NCBI GenBank assembly: GCA_963823665.1
Contig: CAWGMQ010000004.1
Span: forward strand, 128,001-192,000
Reading direction: 5' to 3'
Source: an uncultured Planctomycetota bacterium
Lineage (GTDB): Bacteria; Planctomycetota; Planctomycetia; Isosphaerales; Isosphaeraceae
DNA length: 64,000 bases
In this document: piece by piece, positions 1-11,481 of the stretch
Layout of the letters: each line of letters opens with the position of its first letter
How positions within the stretch are numbered: the stretch's first letter is position 1
Program-made: the position numbers and the translations under genes
Notes under the pieces: generated by a model
Databases searched by the model: none
What the model was told of the DNA's origin: nothing
Seen by the model: the letters and a program-made list of their open reading frames with translations, nothing else

Positions 1-374
1 TGATCCGATTGGGGGTAATCGACCGAGATGCTGGCCGATTCGACGACAGTCAATCGAAGCTGAGGCGGGCGCTGACAATTCGCGAGCGACGCGGCAAAGT
101 GCACCCGGACGTCGCGGCAGTTCTGCTGGAGCTGGCTGAGCTCGATCAGGCGCGCGGAGACAACGCTCTGGCCGAGTCAGAATATGAACGGGCTCTCTCG
201 ATCTGGGCAAAGGCCGGCTTGCCCGAGCATCCGCACGTCGCCAAGATCCTGACGAGCTATGCCAAATTGCTGCGGCGGCTGGGGCGAACAGCGAAGGCAC
301 GCGAGATGGAGACGGAAGCCGAGGGGATCCGCGCGAAAATGCTCGCCGAAGCTGTCAAGAAGTCGGCTTCGTGA
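1..374 (+). CDS. Tetratricopeptide-repeat protein, 3' part (starts before the window)
   Basis: Kinesin-light-chain-like TPR motifs (RALTIRE...HPDVAAVLLELAEL; RALSIW...HPHVAKILTSYAKLL); stop at 372-374. Confidence 0.8.
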   Translation, partial: IRLGVIDRDAGRFDDSQSKLRRALTIRERRGKVHPDVAAVLLELAELDQARGDNALAESEYERALSIWAKAGLPEHPHVAKILTSYAKLLRRLGRTAKAREMETEAEGIRAKMLAEAVKKSAS

Positions 375-478
375 AGATAGGACGTGGAGTCTGTTCTGAT
401 GGAGTCATTCTATCCGGTGCGAAGGTGTTTGCGACACGACCGGAGGACCATTGGAGGGCCCGCGGCGACAAAGTCGCA

Positions 479-1210
479 TCAGCGACCGATTTCGACACCT
501 GGCAGAAATCGTTTTAGCTGATCGATTCCGGCCTTGGTGACACGAGTGTCCTTCAGATGGGCCAAGCCGGTGTCGGTAACTTGGGTCCTTGGAAGTCGGA
601 GCTCCGTCAGCTTGGTCAGTCCCTCCAGGTTGGCCAGGCCGGCGTCGGTGATGGCGCGACCCTCAAGAATCGTGAGCTTCGTTAGCTTGGTCATGCCTTT
701 TAGATTGTTCAGGTCGCTATCTGTGAACATCGCATCACCGGAGTAGAGCTCGGTGAGCTCCCTCAGGCCTTTCAGATGCTTCAGGCTGGCCTTGTTATCG
801 GGCGAATGATTGAAGCGGAATTGCTGCAATCGCGTGAGACGCCCGATGTGTGCGAGTGTCGTTTCGTCGGGGTTTCTGAGTGATACCGACGTGACGTGGC
901 CGAAGTAGTCGATGCCGATGAGGTCGATGAGTCGCTGCGGTGCCCAAGGTTTGCCCGGCGAAATGAAGCGATCGTCGTTCCAGGTCCAGTCGTAGTACAC
1001 GCTGCCGCCGGCGTGCTCGATCGCCACCACGGCCTGGCGCTGGACTCGAGCGCTGTGGACCACGAATCCAACACCGCCGCCGATGACGAGCACAAGGACA
1101 ATCAGACCGCGAAGGCTGAAACGCAAAAAGCGACGTCCTGAAATGGTGGCGGTCAGGAGCTGGCCGAGGCCGCCGGTATCATGAACGCGCGTGGTCGAAG
1201 CTGCGGTCAT
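479..1210 (-). CDS. Membrane-anchored LRR protein, paralog 1 (about 4 repeats, internal deletion)
   Basis: RRFLRFSLRGLIVLVLV anchor, PWAP...GIDYFGHVT cap, 24-aa TDAGLAHL-type repeats; ATG 1210 chosen by analogy with paralog 3. Confidence 0.85.
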   Translation of the reverse strand: MTAASTTRVHDTGGLGQLLTATISGRRFLRFSLRGLIVLVLVIGGGVGFVVHSARVQRQAVVAIEHAGGSVYYDWTWNDDRFISPGKPWAPQRLIDLIGIDYFGHVTSVSLRNPDETTLAHIGRLTRLQQFRFNHSPDNKASLKHLKGLRELTELYSGDAMFTDSDLNNLKGMTKLTKLTILEGRAITDAGLANLEGLTKLTELRLPRTQVTDTGLAHLKDTRVTKAGIDQLKRFLPGVEIGR

Positions 1211-1368
1211 GCCGTCAGTGTACTCGTGGCTTCGACGCGTGGAGAAGGGGAGAACGTGGAACGGCCTGGATTCGGCTTCAGCTCCTATCGCCCTAGCTGG
1301 GCTGGCGACGAGTGATGCCAAGTCGTTCAGGGTCGATTCTGACGGGCACCGTTGCGGTGTTGCACGAG

Positions 1369-2716
1369 TTACGGAGCCACTTCCACGTGCAGTTTCGGCA
1401 GGGCATCTCTGAGGTCTTGCAATCCAGCCTCGCTGATCTGCGACCTGGGTAGAGTCACGTTCTGCAAGGAACGAATTCCCTTCAGGTGGGGCAATCCGGC
1501 GTCGGTGACCTTGGTCTCCGCGAGGCCGAGTGACTGGAGCTTATTTAGTGCTTTCAGGTGTTCGAGGCCTCGGTCGCTCACCTGGGTCGAATAAAGTTCG
1601 AGAATTCGAAGGCTGCTAAGACCCTTCAGGTGCGCGAGACCTGAATCCGTGATTTTAGTCGAGTCTAGACAGAGCATATCAAGATTGCGGAGTTGCCCTA
1701 CTTCGACCAGGCCGTCGTCTGTGAACTTGCTGTCGCTGAGCGAAAGAAACTCGAGTTTATTGAGGGGCTTGAGTTGCGAGAAGCCTGCGCCGGTGATGGA
1801 GGTGTTTATCAGGGAAAGTGACCTCAGCTTGGTCAGTCCTGTCAGCCCGGCCAGGCCCGAGTCGGTGATTCGCTCCTCGTCGATCAGCGTGAGCTCTTCG
1901 AGATTGGCCAGTGACTTGAGATGGCACAGGCCCACGTCAGTGAGCGCTCTGCCGTCGAGCGCCAACTTGCGGAGCGATGTGAGCGCTGCGAGGCGCTGCA
2001 ATCGTGAGTCGGTGATCTTGGTTCCGATGAGTTCGAGGTGTTCGAGATGCGGTAGCTGGCAAACGACCGTGATTCCCGCGTCTGTGATCTCGTTCCAGTC
2101 GAGGACGAGCATCTTGAGGTTTGTGAGAACCCTTCAGGTGGGCCAGCCCAGCGTCCGTTATTTGGGTGCGTTCAAGGTCGAGCTCTTCGAGTCGCGTCAA
2201 GCGGGTCAGGTGGGCGAGGCCCTCGTCTCCAATTGCGTTATCTGCGAGGCGAAGTTGGCGTAGGGAAGTTATTCGGCATAACTTGAGCAAGCCTTGATGA
2301 GTCAGACTCGATCTGGGAAGCTCGAGTCTCTCGAGTTGCGTCAATGCGGCGATCGCGTTCACGTTGGCGTCGGTCACGGGACGTCGGAAGCTGTAGAGCG
2401 TGACGCTTGTGACGTGGTGGAAAAAATCTATTCCGATTCGATCGATGAACCATTTCGGCACCCAGCTTCTGGCCGGTGGATTAATCCCGGCGAGCGAACG
2501 TGCGGATGGGCCGAGGGGCTTTCTCGGTTCCCAATCGTATTCGACGAAGGAGTCAGGTGAATCCGCGAGTGCCGCCACTGCGGCGCGCTGGATTCGGGCG
2601 CTGTGGACCACGTATCCGAGCCCGCCGCCGATGGCGAGGACGAGCACGATGAGCGTGCGCATGCTGATGCGCAGATGGCGGCGCCAGGAATTGGAGACTG
2701 TGTTGGACTGTGGCAT
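1369..2716 (-). CDS. Membrane-anchored LRR protein, paralog 2 (about 13 repeats), +1 frameshift near 2128
   Basis: ORFs 1937..2716 and 1369..2112 join into a continuous LRR register (HLKG-LTNLKMLVLDWN) if one T near 2128 is removed. Confidence 0.85.
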
Positions 2717-2960
2717 TTCGGCCTGGTGAGGATGGGCGGTTGATGTTGCGCTCGTGAGATCATTCTAGCGGGTGCGGCGAAGCGGTGGGAGCGTTACAGA
2801 TTGGCGCTGTTCGTTGCGCGAGGGTTCTATGACGAAGATTCTTCAGTGCGGATAGGTTGGCGATCCCCAGATCGCCGACTTTGGTACTGGAGGAGCAACC
2901 GGATTGTTTGACCGGGCGAGCCCGGAGCCGCGTCATTGTCTCTGGCGCGATGTTCGACGT

Positions 2961-4055
2961 TTACCGAATGATTTGTACGCCAGGCAGAGTCTGTTTTAGT
3001 TCCTCTATTTGAGTCTGAGCAGCCTTCGCGCCGTCGATCGAGAGAATCTGGAGGCTTCTCAGCCCCTTCAGATGGACCAAGCCTTGATCGCTAATCTGGG
3101 TATGTGCGAGGTTCAGCCACGAGAGGTATGTGACCCCTTTCAAATGCTCAATTCCGGCATCGGACACTCTCGTATCGTTGAGATCGATGAAAAACAGCCT
3201 CTTCAGTCCGCTCAAGTGGGCCAGGCCGGCGTCGGTGATCTTGGTGCGAGCGAGTTGGAGTTGCCGAAGGTTTTTGAGCGGCTTGACGTGGGCCAGCCCG
3301 GCGTCGGTGACACCTGTGTCGTTGATCAAGAGGTGCTCGAGGCTCGTCATACCCGCGAGATTCTCGAGCCCGGCGTCCGTGACTTTGGAGCCGCTCACGT
3401 CGAGAGTCCAAAGGGACAGCCCACTCAGATTTGCAATTCCGCGGTCGGTGAGTCTGGTGTTGGCGAGGAGAATCGTTCTGAGGCTACTTAGACCTTGCAG
3501 GTGCACCAATCCGGCTCCTGATAGCTGCGTGTTGCTGATTTCAAGGACGCTAAGCTTGGTCATTCCCTTGAGATGCACTAGCCCAGCGTCCGTGATCTGA
3601 CTGCCGTGAACCGCGAGGGTGGAAAGATTGGTCAACGCCTCGAGACGAGCGACTTGAGCGTCGGTCATGCTCGGGTCGACGACGTTCAAGGATTCCAGTT
3701 GTGTGAGGCGTGCGACCCGTGCGATCAGGGCATCGGTTCGCGGTCTTGTGCCTGGAAGGACGACGGCGATAACGTGATCGAAGTAGTCGATACCGAACGC
3801 GTTGACGAGCCACACTGGTGCCCAGTACGCCCGACTGTAGGAGACGCTTCCACCGGCGCCGGTAATCGCCGCCACTGCGTCGTGCTGAATTCGAGCGCTA
3901 CGCGCGAGCCAGCCGAGCCCGCCGCCGATCACGAGCAAAAGGAGGATCAGCCCGCGCATGCTGAACCGGAAATAGCGACGCCAGGTAGTGGTGACACGCG
4001 GGAACTGGCTGGGCACGGCGGTCTTATGATCGCTTGTGGTTGAAGTTGCAAACAT
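2961..4055 (-). CDS. Membrane-anchored LRR protein, paralog 3 (about 10 repeats)
   Basis: WRRYFRFSMRGL anchor, GIDYFDHV cap, LRR repeats, ELKQTLPGVQIIR C-cap. Confidence 0.9.
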   Translation of the reverse strand: MFATSTTSDHKTAVPSQFPRVTTTWRRYFRFSMRGLILLLLVIGGGLGWLARSARIQHDAVAAITGAGGSVSYSRAYWAPVWLVNAFGIDYFDHVIAVVLPGTRPRTDALIARVARLTQLESLNVVDPSMTDAQVARLEALTNLSTLAVHGSQITDAGLVHLKGMTKLSVLEISNTQLSGAGLVHLQGLSSLRTILLANTRLTDRGIANLSGLSLWTLDVSGSKVTDAGLENLAGMTSLEHLLINDTGVTDAGLAHVKPLKNLRQLQLARTKITDAGLAHLSGLKRLFFIDLNDTRVSDAGIEHLKGVTYLSWLNLAHTQISDQGLVHLKGLRSLQILSIDGAKAAQTQIEELKQTLPGVQIIR

Positions 4056-4183
4056 GCGATCAGTGTACTCGGGACTGCGACGCAAGGAGAATGCGGCTCC
4101 TGGCCGAGTCAGCAAACGAGCGGGCTCTCTCGATCTCGATGCGAAAGGAGCACGACCGGAGGACGCTCGCCAATGGAGTCCTC

Positions 4184-5412
4184 TCAGTGAAGGACCTCCA
4201 CGCTGGGCAACAATCGCTTTAGCTTATCGATTCCGGCCTGGGTGACTCGAGTGTGCGCGAGGAATAGTATCTTGAGCTTGGTTAGCCCTTTCAAGTTTTC
4301 CAGACCGGCGTCCGAGACGTGTGTCTGGGTAAGGCCGAAGGCGGTGAGCTGAGTCATGCTGTTCAGATAGGCCAGGCCGGCGTCGGTTACTGGCGATCCA
4401 CTCAAGTCCAGGTATGTGAGCTTTGTCAAGCTCGTCAGATGCACCAGCCCGTGCCGGAGATCTTCGAATGGTTCAGAGCCAGCATGCTCAGGTTGCTGAG
4501 TCGCCGTAGATTGGCGAGACCGTCGTCGGTGATGTGTGCGTCCATAGGGACGAGTCTCCTGGGGCTGGTCAGCTCTCCAGGATGCGCCTGTCCGGCGTCG
4601 GTGATCTGATCGCTGGAGACTCGCAGCGATGTGAGACTGTTCAACGACGTCAGATGCGCTAGTATCGCATGGATGGCCGGCGCGCCGCCCAGGTAGAGTT
4701 CAGCGAGATTGGTTTGCCCCTCAAGATGCACCAGCCCGGCGTCGGTGACCCGTGTGCCGTCGATTTCGAGGATTGAAAGCTTTGTGAGCCCCTTCAGATG
4801 GGCCAAGCCCGCATCGGTGACCGGGGTCCTTGGAAGGCGGAGCTCCGTGAGCCTGACCATTCTCTTCAGATGGGCCAGGCCCGCGTCGGTGACACCGCCG
4901 GCCTGATAAATCGTGAGCCTCGTTAGCCTGGTCATATCCTTCAGATTGGCCATGTCGTCATCGGTGATTGTCCCGGAGCCGCTGTAGAGCCGGGTGAGTT
5001 CGCTCAGGCCTTTCAGTTGCTCGAGAGCGGCCGTGTTCTCGGGCCATCGACCGAAGCTGAATTGCTGCAATCCGGCCAGACGCCCAACGTGTGCGAGTGT
5101 CGCGTCGTCTGGCTTACTGAGCCGTACCGCCGTGACGTGGCCGAAGTAATCGATGCCGACGAAATCGATGAGTCGTCGCGGTGCCCAGGGTTTGCTTGGC
5201 GGAATGAAGCGATCGTGATTCCACGTCCAGTTGTAGTACACGGTACCGCCGATGCGCTCGATCGCGGCCACGGCTTGGCGCTGGACTCGGGCCTCGTGAA
5301 CCAGAAATCCGAGCCCGCAGCTAATGCAAAGGACAAGCACAATCAGAGCGCGCACGCTGAAGCGCACATAGCGGCGCCAGGAGAATCGGGTGCGTTGTGG
5401 TTCACCGGACAT
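4184..5412 (-). CDS. Membrane-anchored LRR protein, paralog 4 (about 12 repeats), -1 frameshift near 4449
   Basis: ORFs 4435..5436 and 4184..4444 join (ISGTG-LVHLTSLTKL) by adding one base in a short homopolymer; start could also be 5436. Confidence 0.85.
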
Positions 5413-5741
5413 TCCGATGCCCTGAAGCAGGTGCATCTTGTGTTTTCTGATCGGGTCATTCTATCAGCGGCGAAGACGCCAGGGGATGCGTGACCGCGGG
5501 TTGGGTGTCACCCTCGCCAATCGGGCTCGATCAGGAGCACTTTTAGGTGATCAATAACGCGATCAACAGCACCAGCAAACGCCATATACGTTGTCGCATG
5601 GTTCAGAGTCCGGCCGGGCAGACCAAGTAGAGGGCAGGGGACTTGCTTGCTCCAGTTTATCTCGATGCGGCTTTACGGAGCAGATGGCGGATTCCGGCGG
5701 GGTCGAGGCGACGAGCGATCGCGAGGTAACGGGAATCCCGC

Positions 5742-5764
5742 ACTTTCGCGGAGCGAAAGGCGAC
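5742..5764. repeat. REP-like palindromic element (CTTTCGC-GGA-GCGAAAG-GCGAC)
   Basis: Perfect 7-bp stem at 5743-5759, just past the oxygenase stop; resembles an intergenic repeat I recall from planctomycete genomes; only one copy in this window. Confidence 0.5.
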
Positions 5765-5773
5765 TTTTGGCCT

Positions 5774-6319
5774 TTAGCCCGAATACATCACATCGGTTCG
5801 CATTACATACTTGCGACCGCGCGAGATGACTGCGCCTTCATGGAAGAGGTGATGGGCGAAGAAGAGCGCTGTTCCCGTGGCCGGGCAGATGATGGCGTCT
5901 TCGAATCGCGTGTGGCCGCCGTCGAAGCCCTCGTTCAAGTAGACCATGAGCGTTAGCCGGCTCCGCTCGCCGCTCGGGCGTTCGAAGTATCCGTCTCGGT
6001 GCCATCGAAAGGTTTGGCCGAGATCGTAGCGATAGAAGCGAATCCGCTCGTTCACACCGATCGCACGATGACCGCCGAGCGTCGATGGAACGAACGGCGC
6101 GGCGCGATCCCAGATGAGCTGCGCGAGGCTCGGATCGTCAACCATCACTCGCGAATTGTTGCGAACATCCTTCATCATCACCTGCCCGAAGCTCGTGCTG
6201 ATCGGGGCATCGCCGAAGCCGCGTGCCTCGCTGAAGCGCACATAATTTTCGCACTCGGAGGGAGTGAGAAAACCGGAGACGGTGAAGATGTCGTCTGTGA
6301 TCCATTCGTAATCGGGCAT
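5774..6319 (-). CDS. 2OG-Fe(II) oxygenase (prolyl-4-hydroxylase-like)
   Basis: HxD (WHRDG), LMVYLNEGFDGGHTRF, distal H (LFHEG), KYVMRTDVMY. Confidence 0.9.
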   Translation of the reverse strand: MPDYEWITDDIFTVSGFLTPSECENYVRFSEARGFGDAPISTSFGQVMMKDVRNNSRVMVDDPSLAQLIWDRAAPFVPSTLGGHRAIGVNERIRFYRYDLGQTFRWHRDGYFERPSGERSRLTLMVYLNEGFDGGHTRFEDAIICPATGTALFFAHHLFHEGAVISRGRKYVMRTDVMYSG

Positions 6320-6489
6320 TGAGGGACTCACTTTCCGCGGGCGCTGCTGCTGTGATCAAGGTGTCTGGCGTTCGCATTCCCCGATCACGGCGCACGGTAT
6401 CGCAAGAAACCAGACGCACAATCGGGTATTGTGGTTCACCGGTAAACAGCACGCCTCGTGATCCCAAAGTTGATGATCTTCGCGTTCAA

Positions 6490-8145
6490 ATGAGTGCAGC
6501 GAGCTCCAGCCCGGAAGTCAAGCAGCGCAGTGCGCACGCCCGCGGGGCGCTGCCCGGCATCGTGTTCGCGTTGTTCGGTCTTGGTGCCATCACCGTTTTG
6601 ACGCCGCAGGTGGCGCGGGTGTATCCGGTCAGTTCGGATGATGCGACGGGCGTTCTCGAGGCCGATGCCGTCTTGCGCGGGAATATCCTCTTGCGCGGGT
6701 GGACGCTATCGAATGTCTCGTTCACCACCACAGATCTTCCTTTCTATATTGCCGGTGTCGCGATGAACGGCATGCGGCCATCGCTGCTTCGCGATGTACC
6801 CGTGGCGGTATACGTGGCTGCGGTCGCACTGGGGACAGTGCTGGCCCGGGGGCGAAAGCGAGGCGGAGGAGCCATGCTGGGAATGGCGGCCGCGCTCGTG
6901 CTGCTTTGCCTTCCGGCGGGAGGGCTGGCGGAATTCGTGACCAAGGGATACATCCGTGTGGGCACGACGCTGGGGCTTTTTGGGGCGCTTGCCGCGCTCG
7001 ACGTGTCGGAGGGTAAGCGGGCTGGGGCAGGGAGGGTTGCGCTGTTCACATTCTTCTTGACGATGACGCTCGTCGCGGACTCGTTCGCGCTCGTCCTGGG
7101 CGTGTTGCCGGTGGTCTTGGTGAGCGCATTGGGGGCTCGCCGAGAGCGACCGTACGGAGCTCTGAACCTGTGGGCCGTTTCGCTCGCCGCGGTGGGCTCG
7201 GTGGCGGCGGCGCGCGGGATCTCGTGGTTGATTGAAATGCTTGGCGGGTATCGTGTCGTCCGGGCTGGCTTGCTGGAATTCCTTGCGTACCGTAACACGC
7301 TGTGGGTCGTCAGCCGGAATGTGCTGGCGCTTGGCGAGAATGTCTCAACCCTGTACCGCTGCGGTTTTCCCGTCGAATTCACCACATATTCCAGTGTGGT
7401 CGCGCTGGGCTGCTTGATCGGTCCGCTCTTTCTGTGCTGGGCGTTTTTCCGCGGGGCACCCGCGCTGGTTCGCGGCCGGCGATCCGGGGGCACTAGCCAC
7501 GCGGATTTCGTCGGGCATGTGTTGTGGTATTCGATGGTGCTTTGCGCAGCGGCCTATCTCGCGAGCAGCATTCCCAAGGATCGAGCGACGGCGCGCTACT
7601 TCGTTCCTTTCTTCCTCTCGGGCGCGGTTCTTATCGGGCGGGTGCTGGCGGATCGGGTTCGCGACATGCGACTTGCGGTCGTGGGAATGGCCGTCTTGGG
7701 GATCGCTTATGTCTTTACCGTCTGGGACGACCTGCGCAAGCCGGCAGCGGTGGACCACGCCTTCGAGCTTGCCGATGCGCTGGCGGAGCACGGGCTCAAG
7801 TACGGATACGGGCCTTTCTGGGATGCCTCGATCGTGACCGCGTCGAGTGGCGGCCGGGTTGCGGTCCGGCCGATTTTCGTCCGGCCGATTTCACCTGAGC
7901 GACACGGGATTGCGCCGCTGCCGTGGATGGCGGACGCGAGCTGGTTCAAAAACGAGCCGGGAACATTCGTTGTCATCGAGCCCGGCGCGGCGGCTCCCTA
8001 TCAGTTTGGCTTGGCGGAGTGGATTTGCACCGCGACGTTCGGGCCGACGACAGGACGATACGAGGTCGGGCCGTACGTCGTGCTGGTCTGGGACCGTGAT
8101 CTCCGGCCGCAGATTGACTTCACACCGCGTCGCTCTTCGAGGTGA
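6490..8145 (+). CDS. Polytopic membrane protein, possibly GT-C-fold glycosyltransferase-like
   Basis: Many hydrophobic segments; SSDDA...GNILLRGWTL loop after the first TM; RYFVPF; C-terminal soluble domain GYGPFWDAS. Confidence 0.6.
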   Translation: MSAASSSPEVKQRSAHARGALPGIVFALFGLGAITVLTPQVARVYPVSSDDATGVLEADAVLRGNILLRGWTLSNVSFTTTDLPFYIAGVAMNGMRPSLLRDVPVAVYVAAVALGTVLARGRKRGGGAMLGMAAALVLLCLPAGGLAEFVTKGYIRVGTTLGLFGALAALDVSEGKRAGAGRVALFTFFLTMTLVADSFALVLGVLPVVLVSALGARRERPYGALNLWAVSLAAVGSVAAARGISWLIEMLGGYRVVRAGLLEFLAYRNTLWVVSRNVLALGENVSTLYRCGFPVEFTTYSSVVALGCLIGPLFLCWAFFRGAPALVRGRRSGGTSHADFVGHVLWYSMVLCAAAYLASSIPKDRATARYFVPFFLSGAVLIGRVLADRVRDMRLAVVGMAVLGIAYVFTVWDDLRKPAAVDHAFELADALAEHGLKYGYGPFWDASIVTASSGGRVAVRPIFVRPISPERHGIAPLPWMADASWFKNEPGTFVVIEPGAAAPYQFGLAEWICTATFGPTTGRYEVGPYVVLVWDRDLRPQIDFTPRRSSR

Positions 8146-9488
8146 AGTGGAAGTCGTGGGCGCGGATCGCCGGGACGGTGAGCGCGAAGAATTCGCTGCC
8201 GGCGGGGATCGCGACGCTTGTCGCTTCGAGGTTCTTCGAGCAGATTCACCGGGCTCTCGTTGAACCGGAAGTTGTTCACCGGGTGAACGATCTTGCCGTT
8301 CTCGATCAGCCAGACGCCGTCGCGGGTGAGGCCGGTGACCATCACGTTCTGCGGGTTCACCGAGCGGATGTACCAGAACCGCGTGACCAGCAATGCCCGC
8401 GGGGTCTCGGCGATCAGGGCTTCGAGCGACTTGTCCGAGCCTTCCAGGATCATGCCGCCGGAGAGCGGCACGGGCTCGACGTTGGTCTTCTTGGCCCAGT
8501 AGCGGTCGACCGCGAGCGTCTTCACGACACCGTTTTCGATCCAGGTGGTTTTGCGGGCCGGCAGCCCGCCGCCGCCGCCGAACCGGCCGCCACCGCCGCC
8601 CCGCCCGCCGCCGCCGGTCCAGGGCGTGCCCGGGTTGCGCGGGTTGAACGGGTCGGAGCGAAGCGTGACACCGTCGGCGAAGAGCTTTTCACCCAGGCGC
8701 GTGCCGCCGCCGGGCTTCGACAAGAAGCTGCGGCCCTCGTCGGCGTTGCGGGCGTTCAGCGAGAAGAAGCAGAAACGTCAGCAGGTCGGCGACCGCCTCG
8801 GGCTCGAGGATCACGGTGTACGCACCCGGGGGCAGCTCCGCGGCTTTGCCGACGACTCGGCCTTTTTCGCAGCACGCTCGGCGAGGGCGGACGCCTGAAG
8901 ATCGGCGAGCCGCGGAGACGCCGATCGCGCGTAGCCCGAGCCGGTGCCGTCGGCCGTGCGCATCGTGGTCGAGTATTCGGCGAACGATGCGCGGTGGAAG
9001 CCGAAGTTGCCTTTCTTGTTGGCGATGGCCAGCCAGCGGGCGCCGGTCTCGAAGAAGCCGGAGCCGTTCAGGCCCTTTCCGCGGGCCAGTTCCAGGGCCG
9101 CCTTGACGCCGTCGCGGCGCTCGACCGGGCCGGCGGCCGCGGTGGCGTCGTCGAACGCGGGGATCGTGGGATAGTCTGCGGCGGCAAGCTCTCGACCTGC
9201 TCGGGGTCAGGCTGCGCGGCGGCCATCAGCGCCTCGCTACGGGCGACGGCTTCGCGCAGCAAGCGAATCGTCGAGCTCGTCGGTCGTGGTCGAGCCGCTC
9301 TTGCCGCCGTCGCGGCTGGTGATCGCGACCGAGACGTCGCGGACCATGCCGGCGGTGGTGATCTCATTGGCGGCGAACCGGGTGTGGCCGGTCTGCGAGA
9401 GCCGCAGGGATACCTCGCATTCGGGCGCCTTGGAGAAGGAGAGGATCCTTTCGGCGAGCGCTTTGGCCTGGTCGCTGGTCCAGCTCAT
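8120..9488 (-). CDS. tldE: TldE/PmbA family protein (several frameshifts)
   Basis: N-terminal TRFAANEITT; C-terminal LLVTRFWYIR...TGLTRDGVWLIENGKI...NFRFNESP, ending HDFHFTSKSDAV*; directly downstream of tldD. Confidence 0.8.
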
Positions 9489-9489
9489 C

Positions 9490-11081
9490 TCAGGAAGTCC
9501 TCAACACGTTGACCCGCCTGAACCGCGCGGGAGCGCACCCGTGGCTCATGGCGTTGATCTGTCCGGGCTGGCCCTTGCCGTCGGCGTCGAGACCGACGTT
9601 TTCCCACAGTGCCTCGCCGCCGATGCCGTCGCAGGCGGACCAGAAGTCAGGCGTGCGGCTCTGGTAGGCGACGTCGGCGATCATGCCGCGGACCTTGCCG
9701 CCCTTGATTTCCCAGAATGCGTCGCCGCCGAACTGGAAGTTGTAGCGCTGCTGGTCGATCGAATACGAGCCGCGGCCGTCGATCAAGACACCGTTCTCGA
9801 CGCCGGAGACCAGGTCGTCGAGCGTGACCGGCTTGTCGGAAGGCGCGAGCCAGACATTGGGCATGCGCTGGAACGGCACCGAGGCATACGAATCGGCATA
9901 GCAGCAGCCCATCGACTCGGTCTGGCCGATCAAGTGGGCCTGGTCGCGAATCGTCTGATATCCGACGAAGATGCCCGCCTTGATGATCGGGAACTGGCGG
10001 GTCTTCACGCCGTCGTCGTCGTATCCGCAGGTCGAAAGGCTTTCGGGCCGGATGCGATCGCCGTTGAAATTGACGATGTCGGAGCCGACGCGGAACTTGC
10101 CGAGCTTGTCGGGCGTCAGGAACGAGGTGCCGGCGTAGTTGGCCTCGTAGCCGAGCGCGCGATCGAGCTCGGTCGAGTGGCCGATCGACTCGTGGATCGT
10201 GAGGCCCAGATGGGTGGGCAAGAGCACGAGATCCATGACGCCGGGGGAAACGGACGGTGCCTTCAAATGCGCGACCGCTTCTTCGCCGACCCGGCGCGCC
10301 TGGCCGAGCATGCCGGCCCGCTCGACGGCCTCATACCCGGCGCAGACGGCGTGCGGCCGGTACGTGCGCGACTTGACCTTGCGCCCGGCCTCGACGGCGG
10401 TGGCCGTGAACTCGGGCGAGATCTGGTAGACGTGCTGCTCGATCGTGCTCCCCTCGGACGAGACGAAGAAGCGGTCTTCCAGGTGAACGCCGATCGAGCC
10501 CATCACCGAGAACACGCCGGCGACCTTGCGGGCCTCGGTGGCGACCGATCGCAGCAGCTCGAGCTTCTGCTCGATCGGAACCGAGAAGGGATCGGTGACG
10601 ACCTTGGTGCGATAGGTATCGCGGTAGGCCGGAGTCGCCGCCAGCTTGATCGGCTGGAGACGCAGCGGGGCATTGGCCTTGGCGATCTCGACGGCCTCGC
10701 CGGCGGCGCGGGCGATTGCGTCGCGGGTCACTTCGTGCGAGGCCGAGAACCCCCAGGCGCCGTCGGCGAGCACGCGAAGACCGAAGCCGAACGATCCCGA
10801 TGTCAGAGACCGAGGGCACCTCGACGGGCTTGCCGGTTGCGCGGTCAGACTGCACGCGAAAGCCGACGCGCTGGTTTCGATAGCGGTTGATGCGGATATC
10901 GGCATACGTGGCCCCGGCAGAGCGTGGCCCGCTCGATTGCGAAGGCCGCCAGCTCGCCGAGCTGGCCGACGTCGAACTCGGCCGCCGCGGCGGAGAGGCA
11001 CGACCAGTCGCCATTCGCCAGCGCGGTCCAAACCGCCGCGCCGGCGCCGCAACGACCGAGAAATGCCCGTCGAGAGTGCAT
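9490..11081 (-). CDS. tldD: TldD family metalloprotease with Tat signal (frameshifts near 10920 and 10800)
   Basis: HESIGHSTELDR zinc motif, DGKGQPGQINAMSHG; start MHSRRAFL with AAGGAGG RBS. Confidence 0.85.
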
Positions 11082-11229
11082 TGCGGACGCCTCCTTTATT
11101 TGACGAAGCCCTGCAAAGACGCAGGCCAAAGAACCGGTGCAAGTCGCGCCCCGTCTGCTTGAATTCTGCGTCAAGCTATCATGGTCGTGGTCGCGCCGCA
11201 ATCGGGTTGTTTGTGGTATCATCGAGTTT

Positions 11230-11481
11230 ATGGAAAACGCAGTCGATGCGCTCGTTCTCGACCTTCTTGAATGGGTGGCCAGCCGCGAGCGGACTTACCG
11301 CGAAGTGCTCGAGGCCTGGCGCACGTCATGCCCGAGGCTCCCGGTGTGGGAGGATGCGACAGATCGCGGCCTCGTCAGGCGAGAACGTGCAGATGGCCGC
11401 TCGGTCGTCATGGTCACACCGAAGGGCCTGGCGCTGCTGGCGCAGTCCGGACGACAGAGCGTGGGAGGCAGCCGTGAGTGA
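11230..11481 (+). CDS. Small hypothetical protein (winged-helix-like)
   Basis: DLLEWV...YREVLEAWRTSCPRLPVWEDA...VTPKG; plausible ATG. Confidence 0.65.
   Translation: MENAVDALVLDLLEWVASRERTYREVLEAWRTSCPRLPVWEDATDRGLVRRERADGRSVVMVTPKGLALLAQSGRQSVGGSRE

Noticed and set aside
2120..4455. Phase variation or programmed frameshifting in LRR paralogs 2 and 4
   Set aside because: No long simple-sequence tracts at the sites, and the same indel type breaks housekeeping genes
5630..5650. Possible att duplicate of the tRNA-Ala 3' end (AGGGGACTTG)
   Set aside because: Only about 10 nt match, compatible with chance
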